A DNA stretch of 64,000 nucleotides from Paramoeba atlantica (lineage: Eukaryota > Protista > Discosea), in the NCBI GenBank assembly GCA_977017575.1, contig CDRNVI010000056.1:248001-312000 (forward strand), in the 5' to 3' direction. Shown in pieces: positions 22,885 to 35,500 of this stretch (the first letter of the stretch is position 1; the number at the start of each line of letters is the position of its first letter). The position numbers were made by a program, and so were the translations under genes. The notes beneath the pieces are model-generated. The model was not told where the DNA came from, searched no databases, and worked only from the letters and a program-made list of their open reading frames with translations.

Positions 22885-24179
22885 GCGTTCGCAAGGACGC
22901 TCAACACTCTGTCATGTCGATACGTGTAGCGTCCTTGGTCTAAGGATGTCCTGCAACCTGAGAGCAGGTGCCTTAAGGTTTCGGGTTCTGAGTTGCAGAT
23001 ACGGCAAGACACACTATTTGCACCATTCTTCCCCCATGTTCTGAGCATGGTCCGGGTAGGAAGTGGGGCATCACATGTGTAGCGAATCTGCTCAGTGAAG
23101 TGCTCCTAAGGCCGTTAATGGCAGCTGCAAAATCTTTCGCCTGATCTTCCTCCGTGTTCGTGTCCCACCACTGTATGGCAACCGTGGTGCGGCGTCGCAG
23201 AGCGTTAATCATACGCTCCTCGTTCAGGTCAACGAGAGTTTTCCTGGCGCGAGATCGGTCGTTCAAGCAGTGCGTTATGTGAGTTGCGGGCCGTATTTGT
23301 CCTTTCAAGCGTCTCTCCTCTTCTTCCCGTATTTTGTTCCGAAGCACAGCTGCGGCAGCCGGATCTTTGGATTTCTTTAACTGGCACATAAGGTCTGCAG
23401 TACATTCATGCCACAGTTGCGACAGGCTCCTCAGTCCCCAGCCGCGCGATGAGTAAATTGCTTCGGGACTAGAGCCACGCGCCACGTTAATCCAACGCCG
23501 CAGGAAGTTGGTACAGAGTTTCTGGAGTCGGAGGACAAAGTTCATAGTGATGCACGGGTGGATCGTAAGCGAGAAGCGCAAGCGGGAGATAATGGCATGC
23601 TGATATATCCATAGTCGCGAAGGGAGGTCGTGGGCGCTCTTATCGATGTTTCTGAGCCATGACTTAATGAAAGGACGTAGCTTCATGAACAGCGCACGGG
23701 ACTGTTGTGCTCCAGGGGCGATGGTCATGCCCAGAAAGGTGCTACCTGCATCACAGATTTGGGGAATGGGAATGTGATTGACCAGAATTTGTGAACGGCG
23801 TGTCATGTAACCTGGGTGTTCATCGTCCGGTCGCACGGCCATGCATTGTACCCTACTCTTTTTCACTTTTATAGATAAACCTATTTTGCGGAGGATTGAG
23901 GATAGGGCTCCAAATGCGATTTGTGACTCCTTCGGGTTGGTGGTGAGGACCGTGAGATCGTCAGCGTAGGCCTTTATAAAGCAATTCGCATTTGCCTAGC
24001 AGATCGAGTCCGTACGCGGGAAAGTTAAGTGTCATATAACGCACTACTTCCATGACGATAAGGAATAGAGACGGGGAGAGGGTGTCGACTTGGAGTACCC
24101 CACATTGCATAGGAATTGTAGAGGAGAGACCTTCATAACACTTTATTTGCGTAGACGCTCCGTTATATAAACTACTGAG
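22884..24179 (-). mobile_element. HERO/NeSL-type non-LTR retroelement, copy 1 (5'-truncated; RLE and 3' UTR deleted)
   Basis: RT motifs GVLQ(V)DTLSP and, after a frameshift, YADDL; zinc knuckle CRIC..HLLSGC and QGRYTYRHD; ends at VLANA where the satellite joins. Confidence 0.85.
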
Positions 24180-25045
24180 GTTAGTGGGAAGCAATTTGCG
24201 AAGCCCAACAATTCCACCATACCCAACCCGTAATAAAGCCAAGACCTTGTTTACCCGTCTGCAAGACGAAAACGTCTGACGTTAGTGGGAAGCAATTTGC
24301 GAAGCCCAACAATTCCACCATACCCAACCCGTAATAAAGCCAAGACCTTGTTTACCCGTCTGCACGATAACAACGTCTGACGTTCGTGGGAAGCAATTTG
24401 CGAAGCCCAGCAATTCCACCGTACACGTAGTTCACTGACGTTCGTGGGAAGCAATTTGCGAAGCATAACAATTTCACCTTACCCAACCCGTAATAAAGCC
24501 AAGACCTTGTTTACCCGTCTGCAAGACGAAAACGTCTGACGTTAGTGGGAAGCAATTTGCGAAGCATAACAATTCCACCATACCCAACCCGTAATAAAAC
24601 CAAGACCTTGTTTATCCGTCTGCACGATAACAACGTCTGACGTTCGTGGGAAGCAATTTGCGAAGCCCAACAATTCCACCGTACACGTGGTTCACTGACG
24701 TTCGTGGGAAGCAATTTGCGAAGCATAACAATTTCACCGTACCCAACCCGTAATAGCCAAGACCTTGTTTACCGTCTGCAAGACGAAAACGTCTGACGTT
24801 AGTGGGAAGCAATTTGCGAAGCATAACAATTCCACCATACCCAACCCGTAATAAAACGAAGACCTTGTTTACCCGTCTGCGAGACGAAAACGTCTGACGT
24901 TAGTGGGAAGCAATTTGCGAAGCCCAACAATTCCACCGTACACGTGGTTCACTGACGTTAGTGGGAAGCAATTTGCGAAGCCCAACAATTCCACCATACC
25001 CAACCCATAATAAAGCCAAGACCTTGTTTACCCGTCTGCAAGACG
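24180..25045. repeat. Satellite block between retroelement copies 1 and 2 (866 bp)
   Basis: Same monomer family, mix of 101-bp and 58-bp units. Confidence 0.95.
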
Positions 25046-26874
25046 TATTTATTCAATACAGAATCATATTTAGATTTGCAGAGGTAAATTTCTACCTATG
25101 CTACGGTCGCATACGACGACCCCGCATAGGCTGTTTTACTAGCCTAGCCGCCCCCTTTCCAGTCGGGTGATTCCCGGTTTAGCCAAATAACAAAGCTACT
25201 ACGAATTGCTTCGCGTATGGCTTCAAGTTGGCATTCCGTGGACAGCCCTTTGTCACTCCCAAAAAGGCGGGCTACCTGCCGAAGAGGGGAAGCCGGCAAT
25301 CCTCTTACACCCACCTCCATACACAGCAGATGTGTGTTCGGGTGGTCCATCCTGCGGCGATGCAATATATTCTGATATTTTTCCGTTTTGCGGCAGTGTG
25401 CCTCCGCGATGTTGTCTGTCCAGGGTACGGTCAGTTCAACGATAAATTCAGTTCCATCGTGAAGCCTGACCAGGCCATCTGGACGCAGAGTGATTTCTAG
25501 GTCTGCCCACCAGCTTGGGAGGTTACGGAGGCCCTCGAGGTCGAATGAGGCCCAGGAGGTGTTGGGGGAGCCGACGATCGCGTTCGCAAGGACGCTCAAC
25601 ACTCTGTCATGTCGATACGTGTAGCGTCCTTGGTCTAAGGATGTCCTGCAACCTGAGAGCAGGTGCCTTAAGGTTTCGGGTTCTGAGTTGCAGATACGGC
25701 AAGACACACTATTTGCACCATTCTTCCCCCATGTTCTGAGCATGGTCCGGGTAGGAAGTGGGGCATCACATGTGTAGCGAATCTGCTCAGTGAAGTGCTC
25801 CTAAGGCCGTTAATGGCAGCTGCAAAATTTTTCGCCTGATCTTCCTCCGTGTTCGTGTCCCACCACTGTATGGCAACCGTGGTGCGGCGTCGCAGAGCGT
25901 TAATCATACGCTCCTCGTTCAGGTCAACGAGAGTTTTCCTGGGGCGAGATCGGTCGTTCAAGCAGTGCGTTATGTGAGTTGCGGGCCGTATTTGTCCTTT
26001 CAAGCGTCTCTCCTCTTCTTCCCGTATTTTGTTCCGAAGCACAGCTGCGGCAGCCGGATCTTTGGATTTCTTTAACTGGCACATAAGGTCTGCAGTACAT
26101 TCATGCCACAGTTGCGACAGGCTCCTCAGTCCCCAGCCGCGCGATGAGTAAATTGCTTCGGGACTAGAGCCACGCGCCACGTTAATCCAACGCCGCAGGA
26201 AGTTGGTACAGAGTTTCTGGAGTCGGAGGACAAAGTTCATAGTGATGCACGGGTGGATCGTAAGCGAGAAGCGCAAGCGGGAGATAATGGCATGCTGATA
26301 TATCCATAGTCGCGAAGGGAGGTCGTGGGCGCTCTTATCGATGTTTCTGAGCCATGACTTAATGAAAGGACGTAGCTTCATGAACAGCGCACGGGACTGT
26401 TGTGCTCCAGGGGCGATGGTCATGCCCAGAAAGGTGCTACCTGCATCACAGATTTGGGGAATGGGAATGTGATTGACCAGAATTTGTGAACGGCGTGTCA
26501 TGTAACCTGGGTGTTCATCGTCCGGTCGCACGGCCATGCATTGTACCCTACTCTTTTTCACTTTTATAGATAAACCTATTTTGCGGAGGATTGAGGATAG
26601 GGCTCCAAATGCGATTTGTGACTCCTTCGGGTTGGTGGTGAGGACCGTGAGATCGTCAGCGTAGGCCTTTATAAAGCAATTCGCATTTGCCTAGCAGATC
26701 GAGTCCGTACGCGGGAAAGTTAAGTGTCATATAACGCACTACTTCCATGACGATAAGGAATAGAGACGGGGAGAGGGTGTCGACTTGGAGTACCCCACAT
26801 TGCATAGGAATTGTAGAGGAGAGACCTTCATAACACTTTATTTGCGTAGACGCTCCGTTATATAAACTACTGAG
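25046..26874 (-). mobile_element. HERO/NeSL-type non-LTR retroelement, copy 2 (1829 bp, 5'-truncated, intact 3' end)
   Basis: Partial RT (26562-26874), ORF 25668-26561, and ORF 25144-25743 with a CCHC knuckle and restriction-like endonuclease motifs RPDG..ELTVPW..KTEKY; ~98-bp 3' UTR ending AATAAATA; two frameshifts. Confidence 0.9.
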
Positions 26875-27740
26875 GTTAGTGGGAAGCAATTTGCGAAGCC
26901 CAACAATTCCACCATACCCAACCCGTAATAAAGCCAAGACCTTGTTTACCCGTCTGCAAGACGAAAACGTCTGACGTTAGTGGGAAGCAATTTGCGAAGC
27001 CCAACAATTCCACCATACCCAACCCGTAATAAAGCCAAGACCTTGTTTACCCGTCTGCACGATAACAACGTCTGACGTTCGTGGGAAGCAATTTGCGAAG
27101 CCCAGCAATTCCACCGTACACGTAGTTCACTGACGTTCGTGGGAAGCAATTTGCGAAGCATAACAATTTCACCTTACCCAACCCGTAATAAAGCCAAGAC
27201 CTTGTTTACCCGTCTGCAAGACGAAAACGTCTGACGTTAGTGGGAAGCAATTTGCGAAGCATAACAATTCCACCATACCCAACCCGTAATAAAACCAAGA
27301 CCTTGTTTATCCGTCTGCACGATAACAACGTCTGACGTTCGTGGGAAGCAATTTGCGAAGCCCAACAATTCCACCGTACACGTGGTTCACTGACGTTCGT
27401 GGGAAGCAATTTGCGAAGCATAACAATTTCACCGTACCCAACCCGTAATAGCCAAGACCTTGTTTACCGTCTGCAAGACGAAAACGTCTGACGTTAGTGG
27501 GAAGCAATTTGCGAAGCATAACAATTCCACCATACCCAACCCGTAATAAAACGAAGACCTTGTTTACCCGTCTGCGAGACGAAAACGTCTGACGTTAGTG
27601 GGAAGCAATTTGCGAAGCCCAACAATTCCACCGTACACGTGGTTCACTGACGTTAGTGGGAAGCAATTTGCGAAGCCCAACAATTCCACCATACCCAACC
27701 CATAATAAAGCCAAGACCTTGTTTACCCGTCTGCAAGACG
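26875..27740. repeat. Satellite block between copies 2 and 3 (866 bp)
   Basis: Appears identical to 24180-25045, offset by 2695 bp. Confidence 0.95.
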
Positions 27741-29569
27741 TATTTATTCAATACAGAATCATATTTAGATTTGCAGAGGTAAATTTCTACCTATGCTACG
27801 GTCGCATACGACGACCCCGCATAGGCTGTTTTACTAGCCTAGCCGCCCCCTTTCCAGTCGGGTGATTCCCGGTTTAGCCAAATAACAAAGCTACTACGAA
27901 TTGCTTCGCGTATGGCTTCAAGTTGGCATTCCGTGGACAGCCCTTTGTCACTCCCAAAAAGGCGGGCTACCTGCCGAAGAGGGGAAGCCGGCAATCCTCT
28001 TACACCCACCTCCATACACAGCAGATGTGTGTTCGGGTGGTCCATCCTGCGGCGATGCAATATATTCTGATATTTTTCCGTTTTGCGGCAGTGTGCCTCC
28101 GCGATGTTGTCTGTCCAGGGTACGGTCAGTTCAACGATAAATTCAGTTCCATCGTGAAGCCTGACCAGGCCATCTGGACGCAGAGTGATTTCTAGGTCTG
28201 CCCACCAGCTTGGGAGGTTACGGAGGCCCTCGAGGTCGAATGAGGCCCAGGAGGTGTTGGGGGAGCCGACGATCGCGTTCGCAAGGACGCTCAACACTCT
28301 GTCATGTCGATACGTGTAGCGTCCTTGGTCTAAGGATGTCCTGCAACCTGAGAGCAGGTGCCTTAAGGTTTCGGGTTCTGAGTTGCAGATACGGCAAGAC
28401 ACACTATTTGCACCATTCTTCCCCCATGTTCTGAGCATGGTCCGGGTAGGAAGTGGGGCATCACATGTGTAGCGAATCTGCTCAGTGAAGTGCTCCTAAG
28501 GCCGTTAATGGCAGCTGCAAAATTTTTCGCCTGATCTTCCTCCGTGTTCGTGTCCCACCACTGTATGGCAACCGTGGTGCGGCGTCGCAGAGCGTTAATC
28601 ATACGCTCCTCGTTCAGGTCAACGAGAGTTTTCCTGGGGCGAGATCGGTCGTTCAAGCAGTGCGTTATGTGAGTTGCGGGCCGTATTTGTCCTTTCAAGC
28701 GTCTCTCCTCTTCTTCCCGTATTTTGTTCCGAAGCACAGCTGCGGCAGCCGGATCTTTGGATTTCTTTAACTGGCACATAAGGTCTGCAGTACATTCATG
28801 CCACAGTTGCGACAGGCTCCTCAGTCCCCAGCCGCGCGATGAGTAAATTGCTTCGGGACTAGAGCCACGCGCCACGTTAATCCAACGCCGCAGGAAGTTG
28901 GTACAGAGTTTCTGGAGTCGGAGGACAAAGTTCATAGTGATGCACGGGTGGATCGTAAGCGAGAAGCGCAAGCGGGAGATAATGGCATGCTGATATATCC
29001 ATAGTCGCGAAGGGAGGTCGTGGGCGCTCTTATCGATGTTTCTGAGCCATGACTTAATGAAAGGACGTAGCTTCATGAACAGCGCACGGGACTGTTGTGC
29101 TCCAGGGGCGATGGTCATGCCCAGAAAGGTGCTACCTGCATCACAGATTTGGGGAATGGGAATGTGATTGACCAGAATTTGTGAACGGCGTGTCATGTAA
29201 CCTGGGTGTTCATCGTCCGGTCGCACGGCCATGCATTGTACCCTACTCTTTTTCACTTTTATAGATAAACCTATTTTGCGGAGGATTGAGGATAGGGCTC
29301 CAAATGCGATTTGTGACTCCTTCGGGTTGGTGGTGAGGACCGTGAGATCGTCAGCGTAGGCCTTTATAAAGCAATTCGCATTTGCCTAGCAGATCGAGTC
29401 CGTACGCGGGAAAGTTAAGTGTCATATAACGCACTACTTCCATGACGATAAGGAATAGAGACGGGGAGAGGGTGTCGACTTGGAGTACCCCACATTGCAT
29501 AGGAATTGTAGAGGAGAGACCTTCATAACACTTTATTTGCGTAGACGCTCCGTTATATAAACTACTGAG
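27741..29569 (-). mobile_element. HERO/NeSL-type non-LTR retroelement, copy 3
   Basis: Translations identical to copy 2, offset by exactly 2695 bp. Confidence 0.9.
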
Positions 29570-30132
29570 GTTAGTGGGAAGCAATTTGCGAAGCCCAACA
29601 ATTCCACCATACCCAACCCGTAATAAAGCCAAGACCTTGTTTACCCGTCTGCAAGACGAAAACGTCTGACGTTAGTGGGAAGCAATTTGCGAAGCCCAAC
29701 AATTCCACCATACCCAACCCGTAATAAAGCCAAGACCTTGTTTACCCGTCTGCACGATAACAACGTCTGACGTTCGTGGGAAGCAATTTGCGAAGCCCAG
29801 CAATTCCACCGTACACGTAGTTCACTGACGTTCGTGGGAAGCAATTTGCGAAGCATAACAATTTCACCTTACCCAACCCGTAATAAAGCCAAGACCTTGT
29901 TTACCCGTCTGCAAGACGAAAACGTCTGACGTTAGTGGGAAGCAATTTGCGAAGCATAACAATTCCACCATACCCAACCCGTAATAAAACCAAGACCTTG
30001 TTTACCCGTCTCCGAGACGAAAACGTCTGACGTTAGTGGGAAGCAATTTGCGAAGCCCAACAATTCCACCATACCCAACCCGTAATTAAGCCAAGACCTT
30101 GTTTACCCGTCTGCAAGACGAAAACGTCTGAC
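29570..30132. repeat. Right terminal satellite block
   Basis: Same monomer; ends at ...CGTCTGAC. Confidence 0.95.
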
Positions 30133-30234
30133 TTTGGGCCGTTTTTGATGCCTTACCAGTAAGGGTAGGAGGCGAATCTGACGAAAAAAACGTCATAGAA
30201 TGGTAGCTGAGGTCCCAAACTATCAAAATACGTA

Positions 30235-30979
30235 CCGTCCCCCCCCAATTTAGTGTTTAGTAGAATTGGGCAAAATCGAATACTAAGTAGGGGAGAGGAA
30301 AGATCAATGTAAAAGACGTGAAAAACAGATATAAAATGAAAAAATGAACGGAAAAAAAATGGCGCCGCGAAGCGGCGCCGTGTTCGTTGATGCCGAAACT
30401 ACACTTGAAAACTTTCGAAACGAACCACCTGATGGTTCGCCTACGGCTACCTTCAATCCTCCACACCCTTAGTTCCACGCTTTTCAAGAGTTCTAACCTT
30501 TCGTTTAGTCTTGCAGAGTTTGTTACGCAGCCTCTTGATAATTGCACCCTTGGCATTGATTTTTTTTAAGGAAAAACTCCCTCGTCACTTGGATCTGAAA
30601 TTGATTGTGGAACGGGTTCTTCCTTTTCAGGGGATAAAGAGTCAAGTCTGGTATCGTCATCAGCTCCGCGCGATACATCGGAGTTAAGACCCTTTATTTC
30701 CCCTACCGCTTCTAAAAGCTTTGCGTCTAACCCAGGCGACAATTGTCCATTTCATTGCGCTTCGGTACTATTTTTTCGGTGTTCTCTGTGGTAATCTGAT
30801 TATGCCTGAAAAAACATTAACCGAAAACAAGTCTCGCAGCTCTTTCAAGGTTGGTTTCAAGGTTGGTTTTTCGTGAACGGGGTTGTAAAAAAAATTTGTA
30901 CGCCACTTTCTACGAAGCTTTGAAATTAAACACTAAATAGGGGTGGGCAAGGTACTAAATAGTAAATAGGGGGGGACGG
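30235..30979. mobile_element. Non-autonomous pogo-like element
   Basis: TIRs CCGTCCCCCCCAATTTAGTGTTTAG / CCGTCCCCCCCTATTTACTATTTAG; TA on the left, CA on the right; no transposase recognised. Confidence 0.6.
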
Positions 30980-31357
30980 CAATAGTAATCGCTTTTGGGA
31001 AATATTGTTTTTGCTTTTTCTTTGGTCGAAAATATATAATTTTTAGGTCATCCCTAAAATTTCGGGAAGTTTGACCATGGAAATATTCGCTATGGGAACA
31101 CGGTTTAGATAGAAACGGAATATCGTCTTCTCGTAACCAGTCTCACGTGGTGTACTCAGCGACAGATTGTATTCCTCACCTTGAGCGAGACGGATCCTCT
31201 TGTGGGAATCATTGACCCACTTTTACATTATTTTGTTTCGCAAATAGCGCTTTTGAACCTTTCATCGAAGAGGGGTTTCCTGATCACTTACTCTATTCGC
31301 ATGAAAAAGAAATCCTAAAAAAGATAACATTAGACAACTGCGTCTTCTTTTTATGAA

Positions 31358-32158
31358 ATGGATGACAAATTCGCTACACGTCCTAGTAAGGTTAGCCCTC
31401 TTCTCTTGTCTCAGGAGGATATGCTGGAGCGTCTCATTGTGCATCTGACGGGAAGACATAAAACTTGGATTGGTACTCACAGCAAACTCTTCGGACGTTC
31501 CAAGCCTGCATCTGTGTGCAAGTGGAAAGGTGTGACCTGCGACAGCCATACACGCGTTACGGAAATTATGTGGGAATCAATGAGTCTAGAAGGACGTTTG
31601 CAATGGGACAGTCTGCCCAAGTCCGTTATAACTTGTTCTTTCAATAATAACAGACTTACGGGTCCCATTCAACTCAATGCTTTGCCCTCGCAGCTTACCC
31701 ACTTTGATGTATCCTGGAATTCTCATACGGGTGAGTTGTCTTTTGTTGACTTGCCGCATACGCTAGAGACTCTCTATATGCGTCACAATCAGTTAGAGGG
31801 AAATGTAGATTTTACTCAACTGCCTCGGGGTCTAATCAATTTAGATATCGCACTGAACCATCTTTCAGGGGAGGTTAATCTAGCTTGCTTTCCGAGTTCA
31901 ATGCAATATATTTATCTGTCGAATAATGAATTTACGGGACCTCTGCGGCTAGAATCCTTACCTTCCTCATTGGAATGCATCCACTGCGACAGAAATGATT
32001 TTTCTGGATTAACATTTTTTGATGGACTTCCAAACGGATTGCGTGAACTGCGACTGGAAAAGAATAAAGATCTTCATGGAGAAATCGATACCACTTATCT
32101 ACCTCAACATCTAGAGCCGACAATTCGTGAGACGAATATTCGTATAAAATATGATTGA
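31358..32158 (+). CDS. Leucine-rich repeat protein (family member)
   Basis: 266-aa intact ORF with LLLSQEDMLERLI N-cap, VCKWKGVTC, LRRs and the family C-terminus ETNIRIK. Confidence 0.85.
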   Translation: MDDKFATRPSKVSPLLLSQEDMLERLIVHLTGRHKTWIGTHSKLFGRSKPASVCKWKGVTCDSHTRVTEIMWESMSLEGRLQWDSLPKSVITCSFNNNRLTGPIQLNALPSQLTHFDVSWNSHTGELSFVDLPHTLETLYMRHNQLEGNVDFTQLPRGLINLDIALNHLSGEVNLACFPSSMQYIYLSNNEFTGPLRLESLPSSLECIHCDRNDFSGLTFFDGLPNGLRELRLEKNKDLHGEIDTTYLPQHLEPTIRETNIRIKYD

Positions 32159-32564
32159 ATTATGTTTCAATTTGGTGCTATTGGTTGTATACATGCAGTC
32201 TATAGGTTGTATACAGGTCTATAGGTCTATACAGTACAGTACGTTGTATACATACTGTAGATTAGATTGATCGCTTTTTTACCTACACAGGGAGGAAATG
32301 TTACCCACCAAAACTTGTAAATTTTATGAACAAATGAAACGATTTCTGTTCAGTTTTGAAGGCTTTTACAATTTGAAAGCGATGAACTCTTCTTTCCATT
32401 GAAACTTGTAACGTTCTCGATCCTACTACTAATTCCTACTAACTGGGCGAAGGGTATACGGGGGGAACCCTATTACTAATAGGATTTACCGAGCGGACTA
32501 CTAGTATCTTTTTACATCTTCCATACAAGAACTGACTTTTCTTCATTCCCCATATTCCCGTTCC

Positions 32565-35500
32565 ATGTCTCAACGAAACGAATCTCACTTCCCTAGTGCC
32601 TCAACCTTAAATCGCACTCACATTCCTTCCAAAGGATTTCCCTCGACGGGTTCCCATGTAAGGTCCCCATGTCTGCCTTCTCGCTCGCTTCCACCACGCT
32701 TTCTGTTGCTTCTTTCTACCTTCTTGTGTTTGTTACTTTCCTGCGATGCCCTGCACATCTCTCTCTTCGCTTCTCATCACGACCTTTGGAAATCACCCCA
32801 AAAATCCTCAACTCCTCTTTCTCCTCCAAACGCCGCTTTTCGCCCCCGCTTTCCACTTCCCTCCATCTCGGCTACCCCAGGAAACGCGCGACCAAAAGCA
32901 AAATCCGCGCATCATCTCAACTTTCGCCGAGCCCAGACACTTTTAGCACCGCTTTCGCCGTTACAGCCTTCTTCCTCTTCTTCTTCTTCATCGAATGAAA
33001 ATTCTTCCTCTCCCTTTTCCACGGCCAACACATCCGATGCGATTTCTTCTTCATCGTCTTCATCATCATCTTCTCTCTCCACTCCACAAACCCTCCAAGA
33101 CATCGAAGGCACTCTACACAACGAATCCTCACAAACCTTTCCCTCGATTGCTCCGCTCTCTGAAAACTCGTTTTCTTCTTCTTCTTCTTTCTCCTCTTCA
33201 CCGCTCTTTCGTTTCCTTCACTCGCTCCAACGCTTTCTGTATACTTTATTCGCCTCGATGTGTAGAAATTGTACATTTTCGAGCCGATCGAATCTTCATG
33301 ATGGTGAGTCTTCTTTTTCTTCGCGCTCTGCTGGTGCTATGGGGTCTTCGTCATCGTCGTCGTCTTCTTCATCGTCTTCTTCATCGTTTTCATCATCATC
33401 TTCATTCGAAAGCGCTGCGGATTCCAATGCTCTGTCTTCTTTCTCATCGTCTTCTTCGTCTCTTGCTGATTTCGCCTCATCCATCCATGCGCTTTCCCTT
33501 CAATGCCACACCCCGGGGACAAAACAAAACATAAAGTTAGGTTTTGAAAATACACAAAATGGAAAACAAAATGTAAAGCAAAATGTAAAACAACAAAATG
33601 CTTTTCCTATGAAAGAGAGCCAAGCCGCTGCTGCAGCAGTAGCCGCTCTTTTTCATCATCGTTCTCCCATCCCCCTTGGAGATTACGCTTTCCCTCATCA
33701 TCCTTCATGGAGAGTGGGAGCGAAGGCGAGAGCTAACGGGGAATCCAACACACATCAGAGCAATCGTTTGAACCCAAACGGTACAAACGTTTGCGAGTCA
33801 AAAGCACTCAAAGCTCAAACTTTGAATCAAAAGTACAAAATCGCTCTCCAGCATGATTTCTCGTTTCATGTTGAAATGAAAACGGGAGCGAACGGTTTAA
33901 GCCTAATTTCACAAAAAGGGGGGGATAGGGAACGACGGGGTTTGATCCAAAGCGTACTGGTGCGGTATTATGCCACCGTGCTGGATAGTTTTGTGGAGGA
34001 CACCTGGGGGAGGGAGCAGAGGAGAGCGGACAGGGCAGCCGATAGGGAAAAAGCGGAAGGGGAAAGAGATGAAAAAGAGCAAGAAAAGGGCCTTTTTATT
34101 CCCACGCTTTTACTTCACCCTTTTGAGAGTTCTGCTTTACGTCCTCGATTTTATGTAACGGAGCGAAATTATCCAGGAGTGGAGTATCGGCTTTTTTTCG
34201 ACAGTGGTTTGTTTTCTCTTCGTGAGGAGATTCTTCCCGAGGCGTTGGAGCGTTTGGAGAAAGATTTACGACGCCGCATGACAGTGCAGTTCTCGGATGT
34301 GAAAATCCAGTCCGCAGAGTCGAATCTCTCGGCCTCGTTTGCCGCGAGACGATCCGAGGGGGATAAAAATCGGGAAAAGTATTATTGGCTGCAAACGCTG
34401 TTGGAAAAAAATAAGATTCAAGTGAAAGACACTCCGATTGAGTTTCCCGCAGCACGAGCGTCGTTGGATGACCGGTGCGTGTTGGTGATTCCACAACTTC
34501 GAGAAGAGGAGGGCGAGTGTAACAAGAGGATAAGAAAGGCAGAAGGCGAAGCGAAAGATCATGATAATCGCTTTTCTACGACACGACGAAGTCTTTTTAC
34601 GGATCAAGAAGAGCAGTCATCGTCGGAGGATGCTGGAACTTCCGAATTTTCTTTTTCAAAATCGAAATTTTCGCCCTCGTTGAGCTCTTCTTCCACGCCG
34701 ACGACAGCGTCGAGCGCTGAACAAAACCCAACCGCTGCAAATTTAGCCCACAATCTTCGATTCCCGCACGGCGCGCGTCGTACCCATTTATGGTCCTCTC
34801 ACCCTCCTGATATTCTCCCTCTCGATGCTCGTCCGTATTTCGAACTCCCGGAGTCTTTTCGACATTCGTTTCAACGACTCGCGCAGAGTTTGAAGCTTTC
34901 AACGACGCAGTTGGATGAGTTGCGATGGGAAACGTTACAGTGGCTTCAGAAAAGAGTAAGGAAAGAAAATCAAAAAGGGGAAGAAGAAAATGAAAAGGAC
35001 GGGATCGAGGATAACGAAAACCATGAAAGTAAGGAAGAGGAAAAGGAGGAGAAAATGCAGGACAGTCCTGGAACGCGCAAATCTGGAATAAATATGAGTA
35101 AGGGCTTAAAAAAGAGTAAACCGCCGAATGCCTTCGAAAGCCCACCTCCCGAAACCCCTTGCTGGGAGGAAACGCGTGTTTTGGGGTCTCCCTCCGGTTA
35201 CTGTCCTGCAGAGCCTGTGGGATTATACGGCGCCGGTCCGGCTTCGTTTTTTCTTCGTGATTTACGACACCGTTATGTGTGGGAAGCGGTGGAGCCAAGC
35301 CAACGAAGTTCGGGTCTATGGCACACCAAAGGGGTCTCCTCGCAAAGTTACTTTTTGAACACAAATGCGGGAGTATCAGAGGGCTTTCAGCCGTGGAAAG
35401 GGTTTCACCGCAAAGGGGTATGCACGGTTCCTCCTTTTTTGTGGAAAACACAACAAGAGGGGGAGGAAAAGAACAAGGTGGGTGAAAAACAGGAGGCGGA

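Noticed and set aside
24251-27519. ORFs reading LLRVGYGGIVGLRKLLPTN
   Set aside because: These are translations of the satellite; the 101-bp period is not a multiple of three and frames break every one or two units.
20341-30132. CRISPR array next to a reverse transcriptase
   Set aside because: The variable part has only two recurring types, not unique spacers; no cas genes; eukaryotic context.
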